DNA of 54,441 bases from an uncultured virus (IMG/VR IMGVR_UViG_3300027708_000036) (lineage: Duplodnaviria; Heunggongvirae; Uroviricota; Caudoviricetes). Both the position numbers and the translations under genes were made by a program. Shown piece by piece: positions 7,602-16,903 of this stretch (positions are counted from its first letter, which is position 1; each line of letters starts with the position of its first letter). The notes beneath the pieces are model-generated. The model worked only from the letters and a program-made list of their open reading frames with translations, did no database searches and was not told where the DNA came from. Location of the stretch: IMG/VR virus record IMGVR_UViG_3300027708_000036. One strand, 5' to 3'.

Positions 7602-7799
7602 ATGGGCAGGACATATCATAAGTCATCAAGAAGTTTTGATGACACAGAATTTGGTAATCGTTTAGGGAAACCTGCCAAACATTCAAACGGTAAAAAAACT
7701 GGTGGAATGAGAACGATAAATAGTTATGTTGAAGAAGATTATGATGACTCAGATGATGAGTTTGACATAGATGAAACTACAGATACTAAAAATACTTAA
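7602..7799 (+). CDS. Hypothetical protein (basic N-terminus, acidic C-terminus)
   Basis: ATG 7602 immediately after the gp59 stop. Confidence 0.55.
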   Translation: MGRTYHKSSRSFDDTEFGNRLGKPAKHSNGKKTGGMRTINSYVEEDYDDSDDEFDIDETTDTKNT

Positions 7800-7825
7800 C
7801 ATACATTTAATACAAAGGAAATACG

Positions 7826-8731
7826 ATGGATATTCAATCACTACGCAAAATGCGCAACTCAGACTTTGGTGCAATCTCTAATGCATTCGAAAAAGTCGCA
7901 AATCCCCAATCCGAAACAAAATCTTTTACCGATGATCGCTTTTGGCGATTAGAAGGTGACAAAGCAGGTAATGGCACAGCCACTATCCGTTTCTTGCCAC
8001 GTGTAGAAGGTGATGAACTCCCATGGGTTCGTATCTTTTCTCATGGCTTTCAAGGACCAACTGGTAAGTGGTATATCGAAAACTCACTAACAACTCTTGG
8101 TGAGAACGATCCAGTGGGTGAGTTAAATACCCAACTTTGGAACTCTGGTTCTGAAGCAAACAAAGAAATCGCACGTAAACAAAAGCGTCGTCTTTCTTTT
8201 ACTGCCAACATTCTTATTGTGTCTGATCCAAAGCACCCAGAGAATGAAGGTAAAGTATTCTTGTGGAAATTTGGCAAGAAAATCTTTGATAAGATCATGG
8301 ACAAAGCACGTCCAACATTTGAAGATGAAAAACCAGTCAATGTGTTTGACTTCTGGGAAGGTGCAAACTTCAAACTCCGTATGCGTAAGAAAGATGGTTA
8401 CGCAAACTATGATGAGTCTGCATTTATGGAGCCATCAGCAATTGGTTCTGATGATGAGATCGTTAAGATCGCTTCTGCTCAAGTCAAGTTGGCTGAGTTT
8501 ACAGATCGTAAGAACTTTAAGTCTTATGATGAGTTGAAGAAGAAACTCAATGAGGTTTTATCTGGTGATTCTTTTGCTAGCAAGTCTGCTGCACAGATCG
8601 CTGAAGATGAAGATCGTCCAGTAGCATCTGCACCAAAGATCGCTTCTAAACCTGCGCCAGCACCTAAGGCGATAGAAGAAGACGATGATGATGTTATGTC
8701 TTATTTTGAGAAGATTGCTAAAGAAGATTAA
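7826..8731 (+). CDS. 32: Single-stranded DNA-binding protein gp32
   Basis: DDRFW, GNGTATIRFLP, HGFQGPTGKWYIENSLTTLG, FDFWEGANFKL, acidic tail. Confidence 0.97.
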   Translation: MDIQSLRKMRNSDFGAISNAFEKVANPQSETKSFTDDRFWRLEGDKAGNGTATIRFLPRVEGDELPWVRIFSHGFQGPTGKWYIENSLTTLGENDPVGELNTQLWNSGSEANKEIARKQKRRLSFTANILIVSDPKHPENEGKVFLWKFGKKIFDKIMDKARPTFEDEKPVNVFDFWEGANFKLRMRKKDGYANYDESAFMEPSAIGSDDEIVKIASAQVKLAEFTDRKNFKSYDELKKKLNEVLSGDSFASKSAAQIAEDEDRPVASAPKIASKPAPAPKAIEEDDDDVMSYFEKIAKED

Positions 8732-8748
8732 TCTTTAGGTTAGAAATG

Positions 8749-8778
8749 AAAATGGGATCTTTATGATCCCATTTTTTA
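8749..8778. terminator. Bidirectional terminator between convergent genes
   Basis: AAAATGGGATC-TTTAT-GATCCCATTTT inverted repeat. Confidence 0.8.
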
Positions 8779-10791
8779 TGCGTATCTAGTTTGTATGTAT
8801 CTAGATTGAGATGATTCTTGATTTCGAATCGGAGACTTAATAACTTGATTAGTACTAGAGTTATTAGTGACTGGAGCATTGACCACATTGGTCTTATTAC
8901 CACCACCTCCGCCAGCAGTAGCACTGGCATCAGCATTTGCTCTAGATCCACCTTCAACTGCACCAGCTGGACGTAACGCTGCACCCATTGCTGCAATTTT
9001 GTCAATCGGAAGTTCAGAGATTGCCTTAATTGTTTTAGTATCAATTGACGAGAATTTACCCAGACCAGTTGCCAAAGCCATAACACCATCACCAGCTGCT
9101 TTGATATCTTGTCCACGTTCACCCATCATCATAATCTGTTCAACTGGAGATTTTCCAGGAGTGACTAGATTTAAGAATCCACCAACTAGATTACCGATAC
9201 CAGCTGCAGCTGTTCCAGCACCGAACACTGCCATGCCTGCACCAATAGCTGCAAGACCAGCACCAACCATAAGAAGATTGTTACCATCTAGTTTGCCAAG
9301 TGTCTCTATTCCAGCAGTCATCTCGGCAAAACCTTTACCAACTGCCTGCATTGCTTCACCAATAACCCAAAGTGCAGCACCCATTGCACCTAAAGCAAGA
9401 GCACCAGTAAAGATTAATGGTGCAGCAGTACCAGCAATAGCACCGATAACTCCAAGACCAGCAACTGCAGCCATACCTTTAGCGATTGTTTCCCAGTCTA
9501 ATTCAGCGAATGTTCCAAGCGCAGCACCGATACCCCATGTTGCCAAAGCAAGAATACCCAGTGCTGCAGCACCAGCAATAATGTTACCCTTAACTTTATC
9601 TAAAGCCAGTGCAGCAATGACTAATCCACCAAGAGCAACCATACCCTTACCGATAGATTCCCATTCAATATTACCAAAGTTTTCGAATGCTTTAGAAGCA
9701 ACCCAAAGAGCACCAGCAATGGCAATTAAACCAATACCGAATTTCTTCATTCCTTCAAGTGCCTTACCAAACTTACCACCTCCACCAGAATCACCACCAC
9801 TTTCTTCAGCAGGTTTTGCCTTTTGCGCAGGAGAATCGCCACGAGTATTCTGTTCAATCTTAATCAAAAGATCGTCCATCTTTTCTTCGTGTTTGGCTTG
9901 TTCTAGTTCTCGCTCTTCATTTGCACCTGAATCAGCAAATTGTTGAGTAGGAGATTCTTTCTTAACTACTGAATCTGTTAAACTAGAAGAATCTCGTTTA
10001 ACCAATCCTGCTTTAAGATCACTCTTGGCATATTCATTGGATAAGTCGTCACGTTTACTTAGAAGTCGTTTACCTTCTTTGGTCTTTGAAAGATCGGCTT
10101 CAGACATCCCAGTATCTTTCTTAAACTGAGATAACTCTGACTCATTTCGTTTAATTTCTTTTGCTGTTTTATTTGCAGATTCAAATTTAGTTCCAAGAGT
10201 TTTGCGATCGTCTTCAGAACCAAGTTTACGTTGAGTTTGGATGAACTTCTCTTTAGCGATAGACTTATTGAAGATACCACCAACATTAAATGCCTTAAGA
10301 GCAGTAACTTTAAGAGCAGACATTGAACCAAAGTTATCCTTTAGTTTCTTACCCATATCTCTAAATTTATCACCCATCGTTTCAAAAGTCTGCATACCTT
10401 TTGCGATATTGGCGATTGCTTTGACTTCTTCCTTACGAAGTTGTAGATTCTCTTTTAGAGCATCGTTGGCTTCTTTGATCTTTAACTTTTCTTGATCTTT
10501 CAGTTTAATGGCTTCTAATTTTGCTTCATTAAACTGTTTGTCTTGTAGTTGAGCAATCAATGCTTCTTTAATATCTTTCATCATAGCCGACTGAGCAATT
10601 TGTTCAGCCAACTGTTGCTGGTTTGCGCCAGCCTGAGCCATAGAAGACTCTAATTGTTTGATGGCAGTTTCATTAGCCTTTGCCTGTTCTGAAAGTAACT
10701 TTGAAAAGGCAGCACTGTCCCATGCATTAACATTAGTTGTTGTGCTAACATTAACTACTGGTGGCTGATTTTTACTGTTTCGTTTTGCCAT
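8776..10791 (-). CDS. Tape-measure/baseplate hub protein (gp29-like)
   Basis: 671 aa; coiled-coil N-half, Ala/Gly-rich helical repeats (W-E-S/T-I-x-K-G-M), C-terminal NVVNAPV..N motif; follows gp26-gp51. Confidence 0.72.
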   Translation of the reverse strand: MAKRNSKNQPPVVNVSTTTNVNAWDSAAFSKLLSEQAKANETAIKQLESSMAQAGANQQQLAEQIAQSAMMKDIKEALIAQLQDKQFNEAKLEAIKLKDQEKLKIKEANDALKENLQLRKEEVKAIANIAKGMQTFETMGDKFRDMGKKLKDNFGSMSALKVTALKAFNVGGIFNKSIAKEKFIQTQRKLGSEDDRKTLGTKFESANKTAKEIKRNESELSQFKKDTGMSEADLSKTKEGKRLLSKRDDLSNEYAKSDLKAGLVKRDSSSLTDSVVKKESPTQQFADSGANEERELEQAKHEEKMDDLLIKIEQNTRGDSPAQKAKPAEESGGDSGGGGKFGKALEGMKKFGIGLIAIAGALWVASKAFENFGNIEWESIGKGMVALGGLVIAALALDKVKGNIIAGAAALGILALATWGIGAALGTFAELDWETIAKGMAAVAGLGVIGAIAGTAAPLIFTGALALGAMGAALWVIGEAMQAVGKGFAEMTAGIETLGKLDGNNLLMVGAGLAAIGAGMAVFGAGTAAAGIGNLVGGFLNLVTPGKSPVEQIMMMGERGQDIKAAGDGVMALATGLGKFSSIDTKTIKAISELPIDKIAAMGAALRPAGAVEGGSRANADASATAGGGGGNKTNVVNAPVTNNSSTNQVIKSPIRNQESSQSRYIQTRYA

Positions 10792-10794
10792 CTA

Positions 10795-10977
10795 TTACAT
10801 CCTCTTTTTGGATTCGATTCTTTTCTTTTCTTCTTCAAGATATTGGATTAACATGAAGACATATACTTCTCGTTCGAAAGGTATCATTTCTTCTAACTCA
10901 GCCAAAGAGTATTTGTGGTACTGCATCATCGCAAAATTCATTTTATAATAGTTCTCGAGCGATTCATGACTGAGCAA
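10795..10977 (-). CDS. 51: Baseplate hub assembly protein gp51-like (probably expressed by -1 frameshift from gp26)
   Basis: SLENYYKMNFAMMQYHKYSLAELEEMIPFEREVY; only a TTG start, with no suitably spaced RBS. Confidence 0.85.
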   Translation of the reverse strand: MLSHESLENYYKMNFAMMQYHKYSLAELEEMIPFEREVYVFMLIQYLEEEKKRIESKKRM

Positions 10978-10979
10978 TA

Positions 10980-11702
10980 CTAAAAAAAACTTTGGAGTCC
11001 CTCCAATACCTTAATATGATGTCTGCTACATACAGGGCAATCATATTCAATGTGTTTTCTAACTTTCGGCATTGTCTCAAAGAATTGTTGAATTTTTAAG
11101 AACTGGTCTGAAGTTAAATTTTCAATAAACGCTAATAATTCTTGTTTAGTGCTTTCTTTAGCATAAAATAGTTCTTCACCATCATAAATGTAATCAATAG
11201 ATAAAGCCATAATATCAAAGACTGTATCTAAGTCATTAGTATCAAAACCTTCTAACTTTTTAATAACATCAACTGTAGGATATTTCATCACTACACCAAC
11301 ATCATTAAATAACGCAATATTGTTTGTATGTCCCTCACCCTTTTCAACTGTTATTGTGGATAAATCAACACGAACAGTTGCTTTGGCTTTTTCATTCTGT
11401 TCACCATGATCTAAATCACAGGAGAATGTTAAATCAACATTTTCACCAACAGACTTACCACGGATCTGAGTAAACATATACTCTAGATCAAATGTTGCTA
11501 ATTTCTCAACATCAATTTTATCTTGCACGCAAGTCTTAACGATTCCCTTTAGGGTTTCAATCATTGTTACTACATCTTCGGATTGCTGAGCAATCAAAAG
11601 TGCTTTTTCCTCTTTAACGAGGAATGGACGATATCTTACTGTCGCTCCACTTGACGGCACAACCATTGTATAGGTTGGCGTATTCATAATTGGCAAAGCC
11701 AT
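10980..11702 (-). CDS. 26: Baseplate hub subunit/chaperone gp26-like
   Basis: MALP...RPFLVKEEKALLIA, FDLEYMFTQIRGKSVGE, FFETMPK, CxxC, LEGLQSFF. Confidence 0.92.
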   Translation of the reverse strand: MALPIMNTPTYTMVVPSSGATVRYRPFLVKEEKALLIAQQSEDVVTMIETLKGIVKTCVQDKIDVEKLATFDLEYMFTQIRGKSVGENVDLTFSCDLDHGEQNEKAKATVRVDLSTITVEKGEGHTNNIALFNDVGVVMKYPTVDVIKKLEGFDTNDLDTVFDIMALSIDYIYDGEELFYAKESTKQELLAFIENLTSDQFLKIQQFFETMPKVRKHIEYDCPVCSRHHIKVLEGLQSFF

Positions 11703-11704
11703 AA

Positions 11705-12118
11705 TTATTCTCCTTTAGACATATTCTTGATTAACTTATTCAATTCAGCAGTGCTACCTGTAAAGATAACATTGTTATTCGTCACTTCTTTTCTAGACCC
11801 TTCTTTCGGTGCATCTAGTTTTTGCTTCTGTTGATGTAGATCCAATAACTGTTGGTTTATATCAGCCAACTGTTTCATTAGATTTCCAACAACTTCAAAT
11901 GCTCTTGGATGCTCAGACTGCATAGCCACATCAAGTGACTTCTGTAGTGCTTCCTGTCCTTGCTGTAATAAAATACGAAGATTGTTTCGAGATATTTCAA
12001 AGTCATCTTCAATCTTATTATTCGATGGGATTATGACTTCCCCTTGTTTTGTAATCACTTCATTTTTTGTCATTGGTTCTATATCAAACACCTCAGACAA
12101 ACTATCATCAATTTTCAT
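11705..12118 (-). CDS. Terminase small subunit gp16-like
   Basis: DDFEISRNNL..GQEAL..SEHPRAFEVVGNLMK..LLDLH..NNNVIFTGSTAEL matches the T4-type gp16 pattern. Confidence 0.8.
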   Translation of the reverse strand: MKIDDSLSEVFDIEPMTKNEVITKQGEVIIPSNNKIEDDFEISRNNLRILLQQGQEALQKSLDVAMQSEHPRAFEVVGNLMKQLADINQQLLDLHQQKQKLDAPKEGSRKEVTNNNVIFTGSTAELNKLIKNMSKGE

Positions 12119-12144
12119 TATACAATCCTAACTGTATTTATTTC

Positions 12145-12891
12145 TTAAAATTTCAATAGACTTGGTAATCTAGTCACACCATAACTCAACACAGCACCAG
12201 TAACAAAGTTACCTGCTCCACCCAAAGTCTTATTCAGACTCTCTTGAAATCCAGTAAAGTTACTTGTAAATTTATCAATCAAACTTGTTGATATAACTTG
12301 TTCATTTGGAAGTTCAGATACTGGAGTTGCAGTCCAATTTTTATATTGCATTTGAACTGTTAACTTCATGATATCTTTGGAAGCATAATCCAACTGAATT
12401 GTTCCTATATTTTTAGGATAACATTCAGATAATTTTAATTGATATCTCTTTTTGTCATTAATATCTTGAACTTCAATATCAATTTGAGTTGTATAGTCGT
12501 TATAGTAACCATATGTTCTGGTGTTTGGATTAGAAATAACATTCATCCAGTCATCAAACATTTCTTTAACTTTCATTTCTGTATCAACATAAAAAGAAAG
12601 AGATAAACTATCATATAGTTTCTCATATGGAACTTCACGGAATTCACCGAAGACTCTATTCTGAACTGTTGAATAATTAGCACCTGGAAGTTGCGCTTGA
12701 TCACAAAACAATAAAATATTTTGTGTTGAAGTATTACTCCATCCAGGAACTTTAGTAATGTTTACTGCATATCTGTTTGTTCTAGCGATACCACCAGTTT
12801 TAACCTGAGCAACAAAGTTTTGTATAGGTTTAGCCTTTGGATTATTTTCTCGTTTAGTATCTTTAGTGCCAAATGGTAAATTTAATGCCAT
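12145..12891 (-). CDS. Baseplate tail-tube initiator (gp54/gp19-like fold)
   Basis: ARTNRYAV, CDQAQLPG, FDDWMN, YPKNIG.IQL; synteny. Confidence 0.75.
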   Translation of the reverse strand: MALNLPFGTKDTKRENNPKAKPIQNFVAQVKTGGIARTNRYAVNITKVPGWSNTSTQNILLFCDQAQLPGANYSTVQNRVFGEFREVPYEKLYDSLSLSFYVDTEMKVKEMFDDWMNVISNPNTRTYGYYNDYTTQIDIEVQDINDKKRYQLKLSECYPKNIGTIQLDYASKDIMKLTVQMQYKNWTATPVSELPNEQVISTSLIDKFTSNFTGFQESLNKTLGGAGNFVTGAVLSYGVTRLPSLLKF

Positions 12892-12892
12892 T

Positions 12893-13495
12893 CTATGCCT
12901 TTCTAATTATTTTGGTCGATTCAGACCAAATTTCTTGTTTGTTTGCACCAACAAATCGTTCAACTGGAAGTAACATAGCAGTTGCCCAGTCTCCTGAAGA
13001 GATCTGTCTAAACTGAGATCTAACATGCCCCATCAGATATTGTTTTACGCATGGTTGTGCTGCAGCAAATCTAGATACTCCATCTATAACTTGCCACGAG
13101 TATTTTAATCTAGTGGTTTCGTCTAGTCTATTGTTACTCTTGAATGTCATTAGTCTATCAAGCAATACGATTCTTAATTTATACGGTAAGTAATGCATAT
13201 TCAAACCAATAAAACCATCTTGTGTTGCAGAGAATGGAAATACTAAAGGAAACCTATCGTAGTAAGGTAATTCCTTTTTCATCTTTGGATCATATGCATA
13301 CATATACAATCTTCCAGGCATTACTCTAGTGACCAATTGATCAGCATTTCCACTCAGAATTTTTCCTGGAGTGAGTTGTTGCTTATTCAGTTTGGTGACT
13401 TCTTTCTCGAACCAGCCCTTAGACTTATTAGCCACAGTGGCTAAGTCATATTTGTTGTGTTCGAATACGTCTTTGAATGTTGGTTTTGTAGCCAT
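12893..13495 (-). CDS. 2: DNA end protector protein gp2
   Basis: YDPKMKKELPYYDRFPLV, GLNMHYLP, CVKQYL..HVRS, LPVERF. Confidence 0.92.
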   Translation of the reverse strand: MATKPTFKDVFEHNKYDLATVANKSKGWFEKEVTKLNKQQLTPGKILSGNADQLVTRVMPGRLYMYAYDPKMKKELPYYDRFPLVFPFSATQDGFIGLNMHYLPYKLRIVLLDRLMTFKSNNRLDETTRLKYSWQVIDGVSRFAAAQPCVKQYLMGHVRSQFRQISSGDWATAMLLPVERFVGANKQEIWSESTKIIRKA

Positions 13496-13500
13496 AATTA

Positions 13501-13932
13501 CTATTTAGGTGATAATCCCAACTCGTGCTCGGTTATAATTTTGAACTCCCAATTCCTGTCTTTTGCGTATTCTGTTGCTGCAGACCACTTTGCTTGGTTC
13601 TTCATGAATGTTAGGGATTCCAATAAATATCTCTGGGTTCGTTTTCCAGGAAATATAGGTGGTTGACATTGCGCTGCAGGTTTGACTTCCACTAAGTAAG
13701 TCTTCCCTGTAGTTACCGTTATTTTGAAATCTACAAAGTAACGATGAATACGATTATCCGTGGGACACTTATAAGGTATAACTGTCTCTTCTGAATTCCA
13801 CTTTAATACCCCAGGATTTTTATCACACCATCCAGCAAAACGAGTTTCCCAAGAGGATCTCATTATGATGTTTGTTGGATCACCTGTGTATTTTTCAGGA
13901 AATATTGGAACGAATCTTCTTTTATGGAACAT
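13501..13932 (-). CDS. 4: Head completion nuclease gp4
   Basis: PEKYTGD..RSSWE, WNSEE..IPY, HRYFVDF, VEVKP, NQAKW, ITEHEL. Confidence 0.94.
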   Translation of the reverse strand: MFHKRRFVPIFPEKYTGDPTNIIMRSSWETRFAGWCDKNPGVLKWNSEETVIPYKCPTDNRIHRYFVDFKITVTTGKTYLVEVKPAAQCQPPIFPGKRTQRYLLESLTFMKNQAKWSAATEYAKDRNWEFKIITEHELGLSPK

Positions 13933-13983
13933 AAATAACTAATAGGATAAATAACCACCATTTATTTAGGTTAAAGGTACAAA

Positions 13984-15135
13984 ATGGCGATAGAATACGA
14001 CCAACTGGGTAATGCGATTAGCGGATCATATGACGGGATTCCAACTCCTCCGTCGCCATCCGCAGCAATTCCATCAATCCCAAAACCAGGAAAAGCACCA
14101 TATACTCCAAATGAATTCAAAAAGGATACACCATATAGTGTAGGTAACTATATGTATCCATCTGATTTAATGGCAGACGATGGGCGTTATGGTGGTAATT
14201 ATGTAATTTTTTATATTAATGTAGTTGAAGATTCTAAGTTATTCAATGATACAAGCATAGAGACTGTTAATGATTTAACACCAAGAGATTCTGGTGACTT
14301 AGCTGCAATGAAACTAAATGATAAACAACTAATCACAGGAAACGCTGCAGTAAATACAATTACTGGTTTAGCTGGTGGTAGTATTGTTGGTAAAGGTGTT
14401 ACAGGTGCTCTAAAAGGTGCAGCTGTTGCCAATATTCCTACTGTTGGTGTTGGAATCGCAGCAACACTTGCTCCAGAAGCCAAACGATCAAAGAAAAGAT
14501 TAAAGACTGCTATCGCACTTCATATTCCAAATCAATTGTCTATTCGTTATGGCATGCAGTGGAATGAAGATGACACTGCTGCATTAGCAATGGCTGCAGT
14601 TGGTTCAGGTGAGATTATGAAAGCGATGGGAGATGGTGGTAGTATGAAAGATGTTACCGATGTTGGTACAGCTATTATCGCCAATATCGCATTATCCAAA
14701 GGACCAATGGCTGCAGCAAATTCTAAAGCACTTGGTCTAGCAGCAAATCCAAAGAAAGAACAAATCTTTAAGGGTGTTGATTTTAGAACATTTGCTTTTG
14801 ATTACCAATTTTATCCAAGAAGTGCTGAAGAAGCACAAAATGTTTTAAGAATTATTGAACAGTTTAAGTATCACATGCACCCAGAATTTAAAGATACCAA
14901 TAATTTTATTTACGTATATCCTTCTGAGTTTGATGTTTTTTATTACCAAGGTACTAAAGAAAACATGAATTTACATCGTCACACATCATGTGTATTAAGT
15001 GAGATGAATGTAAACTATACACCAAATGGATCATTCACTACTTTTGCAAATGGTATGCCAACGCAGATTAATGTAACATTATCCTTCAAAGAACTTGCCC
15101 TTCTATCCAAAGAGAAGATTAAGGATGGTCTATAA
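13984..15135 (+). CDS. 48: Baseplate tail-tube cap gp48
   Basis: NPKKEQIFKGVDFRTFAFDYQFYPRS..EA, VNYTPNG, LSFKEL. Confidence 0.85.
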   Translation: MAIEYDQLGNAISGSYDGIPTPPSPSAAIPSIPKPGKAPYTPNEFKKDTPYSVGNYMYPSDLMADDGRYGGNYVIFYINVVEDSKLFNDTSIETVNDLTPRDSGDLAAMKLNDKQLITGNAAVNTITGLAGGSIVGKGVTGALKGAAVANIPTVGVGIAATLAPEAKRSKKRLKTAIALHIPNQLSIRYGMQWNEDDTAALAMAAVGSGEIMKAMGDGGSMKDVTDVGTAIIANIALSKGPMAAANSKALGLAANPKKEQIFKGVDFRTFAFDYQFYPRSAEEAQNVLRIIEQFKYHMHPEFKDTNNFIYVYPSEFDVFYYQGTKENMNLHRHTSCVLSEMNVNYTPNGSFTTFANGMPTQINVTLSFKELALLSKEKIKDGL

Positions 15136-15626
15136 TGTACTTCAAAGATTTTCCAAATTTTATTTACCAATTCAAAGTTGGAAATACAACCAAAACATCA
15201 TTGGTAAAAGATATAACAAGAAACATTCGTTTCCGTAGAGATGTTCTTGCAAATATAACAGTATACGATGAGTATGATATTGTTGATGGAGAAACTCCAG
15301 AAATCATCGCTGAGAAAATATACGGCAATCCAGAGTATCATTGGATCATTATGTTAGCCAATGATCGTTATGATTATATTGAAGATTTTCCTCTTGCTGA
15401 GTATCAACTAGTCAAAGTCATTGCTTCAAAATATCCAGGAACTGAAAACAATATTCATCACTATGTTGATGCAAAAGGTTTTATTGTAAACTCTAATGCA
15501 CCTGGAGCCGTATCGGTTTCAAATGAAAAAGATGAGAGAAATAAAAATGAAGCGAAACGAAGAATAAAAATTATTTCACAAAACATTATTAATACAATAT
15601 TAAAAGATTATAAAGATCTCATATAA
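15135..15626 (+). CDS. 53: Baseplate wedge protein gp53
   Basis: MYFKDFP, GETPEIIAEKIYG..YHWIIMLAN, NEAKRRIKI. Confidence 0.92.
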   Translation: MYFKDFPNFIYQFKVGNTTKTSLVKDITRNIRFRRDVLANITVYDEYDIVDGETPEIIAEKIYGNPEYHWIIMLANDRYDYIEDFPLAEYQLVKVIASKYPGTENNIHHYVDAKGFIVNSNAPGAVSVSNEKDERNKNEAKRRIKIISQNIINTILKDYKDLI

Positions 15627-16903
15627 TGCCATCTAGTAAGCCAATTAGATTTGCTGGCGACGTCAGCATTGATAAAGTTAGGATAGTCACCAGTAAGGGT
15701 GTTTATCAAGACATCACTGCGCAAGTAATTACTATCCAGATTTATGAGGACTTGTTCTCACCATTTATCACTGGAAGTTTGATTATTAAAGATTCACTGG
15801 ACTTGGTTAATCTGTTACCATTTGCAGGTGAAGAACAAGTTGAATTAGAGATCTCAACTCCATCTCTTAAGCGTGGAAACATTAAAGGTAAATATTACAT
15901 TTACAAATTGACAGATCGTGAATTGCTTGGTGACAGATCGGTAGTCTATCAACTACACTTTATTTCAACTGAGGCTGTTGTTGATTTAAACAAAAAGGTA
16001 AGTAAAGTATTCAGTGGTAAAATATCAGATATTGTCAGTACTTTTATTAAAAATAAAACTTACGGACTAGAATCTACTAAAGAGTTGGTCATTGAAACTA
16101 CCTCAAATAATATTAAATACATTTCTAATTATTGGACTCCAGTACAAAACATTATGTATTGTGCCGAGCATTCTGCCAATAAGAATAAAATACCAAACTT
16201 TGTATTCTTTGAAAATAGAGATGGATTTTACTACACCAGTTTGGATACTTTATATACTTCAGATGTTTATCAAAGTTTTGTATACGACAGATATACTCGT
16301 GACGAACAAAAGAAAAGCGGAAGTGTTCGTAATGTTGAAGAAGATTACAGAAGAATAACTGGTATTAGTATTCCAGTTGGTTTTGATTACATCGATAGAA
16401 TTCGTAGTGGTATGTTATCGTCTAAAATTATCTCGTATGATTTAACAAAGAAAACATATACTGCCAAGAATTATAATATGTTCCAGAACTTTGACAAACA
16501 AAAACATCTTAATGAGAATGCTATTAGTTCTGATAGTTCTATTTTTAGAGCCAACTCATTAATCATAAACACTCCAAGAAACTATGGTAATTTTAATGGA
16601 TATGGAGATGTCACTGCCTTTAAGACTACACAACAGCGTGTGTCATTAATGAAGTTGGCAGAAGCAAATAAATTAGAGATAACTGTTCCTGGAAGATCAG
16701 ACTATACAGTTGGTCAAAAAGTTAATGTTACTTTAAACAAAATTGAACCTATCACTAAAAAAGAACAAGACATCACAGATAAAATGTTCTCTGGTAATTA
16801 TCTAATCTCAGCCATTAATCACTATGTGGATAGAAATAAACATGAATGTCATATTGAATTGGTCAAAGAAACTTTACAATATAATTTGAATGGAAAGAAA
16901 TAA
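15626..16903 (+). CDS. Baseplate hub protein (gp27-like position)
   Basis: IYEDLFSPFITGSL, FVFFENRDGF, SGNYLISAINH; lies between gp53 and gp5. Confidence 0.7.
   Translation: MPSSKPIRFAGDVSIDKVRIVTSKGVYQDITAQVITIQIYEDLFSPFITGSLIIKDSLDLVNLLPFAGEEQVELEISTPSLKRGNIKGKYYIYKLTDRELLGDRSVVYQLHFISTEAVVDLNKKVSKVFSGKISDIVSTFIKNKTYGLESTKELVIETTSNNIKYISNYWTPVQNIMYCAEHSANKNKIPNFVFFENRDGFYYTSLDTLYTSDVYQSFVYDRYTRDEQKKSGSVRNVEEDYRRITGISIPVGFDYIDRIRSGMLSSKIISYDLTKKTYTAKNYNMFQNFDKQKHLNENAISSDSSIFRANSLIINTPRNYGNFNGYGDVTAFKTTQQRVSLMKLAEANKLEITVPGRSDYTVGQKVNVTLNKIEPITKKEQDITDKMFSGNYLISAINHYVDRNKHECHIELVKETLQYNLNGKK

Noticed and set aside
8867..9946. 359-aa plus-strand ORF
   Set aside because: Antisense shadow of the Ala/Gly-rich tape-measure gene; no RBS or recognisable motif.
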